The notes beneath the pieces are model-generated. The model made no database searches. It was not told the origin of the DNA and saw nothing but the letters and a program-made list of their open reading frames with translations. The position numbers and the translations under genes were made by a program. Below are positions 38,130 through 42,438 of a stretch of 42,438 nt of DNA, one piece after another; position 1 is the first letter of the stretch, and every line of letters begins with the position of its first letter. Source of the stretch: Octopus bimaculoides (taxonomy: Eukaryota); NCBI RefSeq assembly GCF_001194135.2, contig NC_069008.1, positions 15,429,462-15,471,899 on the forward strand, written 5' to 3'.

Positions 38130-38640
38130 GTGAGGTCACGAGCAGGGTGGTCTACCTAACCCAGACCTGGTCTGGACGATGTCTATCTCTGAAAGGGAGG
38201 GTGGAGGTTGAAAATATATTCATCGCATCTGTCATCATCTACCGCCTAACCATCGTGACTTGTCCCGATTCATGGCTAATCAAGATGGAACGACTGCTCT
38301 TCTGCCTGTGGATAGGCAAAGGACCTATTGTAAGGCGCTCTATCTGTTGCCAACAACCGCTAAAGTGTGGGCTAGCGATGCCGTGGCTAATGATGCGCAG
38401 ACATTTGCTGAGGCTAAGTCGTCTCTGGCTTTACCTGGATGCTGAACAGGTGTGGTCTTCGTTTGTCAAACTATTGCTTCCTAGGTTCACTAGTTTTAGT
38501 GAACTAGAACCGTGGATCAGACGTAGAGCAAAGCTGGGTGTTTTGCAGGCCGAGTGTCACAAGGCTCTCATGCTCTGCTGGCGCACGGGCAATGTTGGCA
38601 GCGTGGGTTCTACCTCGTCATTTTATAGAGGGTTAGTAGA
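38130..38640 (+). mobile_element. Tx1/L1-clade LINE fragment (post-RT region)
   Basis: WSGRCLSLKGRVEVENIFIASVIIYRL...LWIGKGPIVRRSICCQQPLKCGLAMP matches the L1/Tx1 pattern W..R.LSL.GRV...N....S...Y.L...FLW.GK...V.R......P...GGL. Confidence 0.75.
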
Positions 38641-38950
38641 AGCAGGGTGCTTTTATGTGGCACTTCACATGCACTTTTACACGGAAACACACATACTTTA
38701 ATGTGGTAGTACTTTTACATGATACCACACAGATGCTTTGATGAGGAATGGATACAAGTGCTTTGCGCCACCAGAGGGACGACTCTTAACACATTTGTAA
38801 TGGAGTGTGGCTCTTGGGTATAGCAAGGTGAAATGGGTCCATTGTCATATCACATGAGCAGTTCAGCATCCATACCATGTCTTTCTTGGTGTTCCATCTA
38901 CTTTGTGAGATTGGCACTTCTTTATGGAGCTGTTGTCATCCAGCTCAGAT
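38640..38950 (-). mobile_element. Ancient intronic RTE remnant (antisense to ZNF-F), with internal deletions
   Basis: GGCACTTCTTTATGGAGCTG, CTTGGGTATAGCAAGGT and GTGCTTTTATGTGGCAC blocks shared with the paralogous introns. Confidence 0.7.
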
Positions 38951-39168
38951 GTTAAGGTAAAAGTTTATTTCTACCATTTATCTCATTAGAAATGAATTTG
39001 TATTTTTTTAAATAACCTCAACATTTTACACTGATGTTTCTCTAATTTCAGAACAGAAGAATCATCTACAACATCTGCAATCTTTTAAACACTAAAGGAG
39101 AGTTAAGAAGAGCCCGTGTGCTGATTGAAGTTGGATAAATATATGTAGGCTTTGCTAAATGAAGGTAA

Positions 39169-40095
<927 letters not shown>

Positions 40096-40737
40096 TTTCT
40101 TGTTTTGTAATATATTTTTAATATTCCTNNNNNNNNNNNNNNNNNNNNNNNNNNNNNNNNNNNNNNNNNNNNNNNNNNNNNNNNNNNNNNNNNNNNNNNN
40201 NNNNNNNNNNNNNNNNNNNNNNNNNNNNNNNNNNNNNNNNNNNNNNNNNNNNNNNNNNNNNNNNNNNNNNNNNNNNNNNNNNNNNNNNNNNNNNNNNNNN
40301 NNNNNNNNNNNNNNNNNNNNNNNNNNNNNNNNNNNNNNNNNNNNNNNNNNNNNNNNNNNNNNNNNNNNNNNNNNNNNNNNNNNNNNNNNNNNNNNNNNNN
40401 NNNNNNNNNNNNNNNNNNNNNNNNNNNNNNNNNNNNNNNNNNNNNNNNNNNNNNNNNNNNNNNNNNNNNNNNNNNNNNNNNNNNNNNNNNNNNNNNNNNN
40501 NNNNNNNNNNNNNNNNNNNNNNNNNNNNNNNNNNNNNNNNNNNNNNNNNNNNNNNNNNNNNNNNNNNNNNNNNNNNNNNNNNNNNNNNNNNNNNNNNNNN
40601 NNNNNNNNNNNNNNNNNNNNNNNNNNNNNNNNNNNNNNNNNNNNNNNNNNNNNNNNNNNNNNNNNNNNNNNNNNNNNNNNNNNNNNNNNNNNNNNNNNNN
40701 NNNNNNNNNNNNNNNNNNNNNNNNNNNNNNNNNNNNN

Positions 40738-41125
40738 CACCTGTCTGGCTTCCATGCCAATGGCACGTAAATAGCACCATTTGAGCATAATCTTTACCAG
40801 CGTCGCCTTCCTGGCACGTGAAAAGACATTCAAGCAAGGTTGTTGCCAGTGCCGCCGGACTGGCTCCTGTGCAGGTGGCACATAAAATACACCATTTTGA
40901 GCGTGGCCGTTGCCAGTACTGCTTGAGTGGCCTTTGTGCCGGTGGCATGTAGAAGCACCCACTACACTCTCGGAGTGGTTGGCGTTAGGAAAGGCATCCA
41001 GCTGTAGAAACTCTGCCAAATCAAATTGGAGCCTGGCGTAGCCATCTGGTTCGTCATTCCTCAGTCAAATCGTCCAACCCATGCTAGCATTGAAAGCGGA
41101 CGTTAAACGAGGATGATGATGATGA
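40738..41125 (+). mobile_element. Young RTE 3' UTR with (GAT)n tail
   Basis: Matches 29780-30115; its 5' part is in the gap. Confidence 0.85.
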
Positions 41126-41739
41126 AACGATGACCCCAGGTACCAAACAGAAGTGACTACAAAGGAAGAACAAGTGGCATAAGGATAGTTTAGTGCCCCA
41201 CACTCAAGTAAAAAAAGAATTAATTTCTTTCTCTTGAAATGTTCTCTCCCACACACTCGGAAAAAAAATTTCCCCACAAATTTTTCTGTAACCGTAATCT
41301 ATGCCGTTTGAAAGGCATGTATATCAAATTTCGTTAAAAGTTATCCATTTTCATAAAACTTAAGAGGGAGAAAATGGGATATTGTGAATTTTCCGAAAGT
41401 CCTCTTCCCACCTCCCAGTTCGTTAGCGCAAATTTTTGTTTTCATATTCGTTTTCTACACATTTTTTATACCTATAACTCTCCCATTGTTCTCTCGATGG
41501 CTAGTCGTTAATGTAAACATTAACCAATTGGTGTTTTGAAACAGATTTTGCTCTCTGGGGAGAGTCGTATTGTCATAATATTTAACACATTCACCGGTTC
41601 AGCTTCCACTTATTATCATCATCCATTGACGAGGTTGCAAAAGCAATGAAAATTTTGGAAAAGTAAAAAAATATAAATAATAAATGAGTTGTAATTGAAC
41701 CGGTTTGTTAGATAACGAGCCAGTACGACTCTCCCATAT

Positions 41740-41933
41740 ACCGAAATATAAAGGGAGATAAACAAAAGAAAATAGTTGAGAGGACTTACGCATGCGCGTT
41801 GAACACATTTTGAAATCCGATTAAATGTCTTATCCGTGAATTTCTTTTAATCAGCTGATAATGCTTATAATCCGTTCCTGTCAGACACACATATATAAAA
41901 CAACACTATCCTTTGTTAAACATTTCCGTAAGT
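41740..41933 (+). promoter_or_regulatory. Promoter module, exon 1 and donor of a predicted seventh ZNF beyond the window
   Basis: ACGCATGCGCG 41788-41798, GAAATCCGATTAAATGTC 41812-41829, TTAATCAGCTGAT 41847-41859, donor at 41928. The upstream 41250-41740 is homologous to 37200-37700. Confidence 0.6.
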
Positions 41934-42018
41934 ATTAATGAAATTATTCAATGTTTTTAATTCTGTAGACGGTTTTTGGCGCGTCGATTATTTGCTTCTC
42001 TTCCATGTTCCTATTCTT

Positions 42019-42133
42019 CGAGATTTGGCTGCTATTTCTAGCTCTGGAAGAGAGTTGTCACTGATTTGTACGAGATTTGGCTGCTATTTCTAGCTCTGGA
42101 AGAGAGTTGCCACTGATTTGTACGAGATTTGGC
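42019..42133 (+). repeat. 52-bp tandem repeat (2.2 copies)
   Basis: Unit CGAGATTTGGCTGCTATTTCTAGCTCTGGAAGAGAGTTGYCACTGATTTGTA; the two full copies differ at one base. Confidence 0.9.
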
Positions 42134-42438
42134 GGCACTGTCATGGTATTAGCTGTCAGAAGTGAAAGTAGTAAAATCTAACAAGGAACGTTACTGCTGG
42201 TTTGAGTTGATTCTTTGGCTACTGACAGCTAATACCATGACTGGCCGGAGCGAGCTATCTGTCTGTCTGTCCATCTCTCCCTCTCTCTCTATCACTCGAA
42301 AGTTATTGGAACAAATTTGACACCTATATCCATGCGTTTGAAAACACAACACAGAGTATAAGGGTACTCGCGTCCGCGCTAGCTAGTCGTGAGTGGTCGA
42401 TCCTATTATTTTAAAACTTCAAACTTCATTTGTTTTCT

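Larger units (their letters stand above)
37883..39051 (+). other. Predicted 5'-UTR intron of ZNF-F
   Basis: GTAAGT donor and TGTTTCTCTAATTTCAG acceptor. Confidence 0.6.

Overview
AT-rich eukaryotic scaffold with many N gaps. It is most likely from a coleoid cephalopod (Octopus-like); this is inferred from the finger consensus and from repeat families recalled from memory, not from a database search. The window is part of a C2H2 zinc-finger (ZNF) gene cluster. It holds six finger-only ZNF units in mixed orientation (+,-,-,+,-,+): four open (16, 16 and 18 fingers, plus one of about 9 fingers spanning a gap), one 5'-frameshifted but still open (10 fingers), and one clear pseudogene. The promoter and first exon of a seventh unit lie at the right edge. 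Each unit repeats one architecture: ACGCATGCGCA (NRF1-like) / GATATCCGGTTAAATGTC / TTAATCAGCTGAT, a short non-coding exon 1 ending at CATTTCY|GTAAGT, a 1-1.9 kb intron with the same ancient antisense RTE-LINE 3' end (visible in five of six), an AATTTCAG acceptor, then one exon holding a 22-aa leader, the finger array and a basic tail. The rest is layered transposon material: RTE LINEs of several ages (one 2.8 kb copy with a PHD-type finger inside its RT region), mariner fragments (one intact DNA-binding domain inserted in a ZNF promoter), Penelope GIY-YIG remnants each followed by a hammerhead-like core, hAT remnants and a MITE, Tx1-like and Gypsy fragments, and SINE pieces. Many ORFs in the supplied track are artefacts (N-gap read-through, antisense shadows, TTG/GTG starts).
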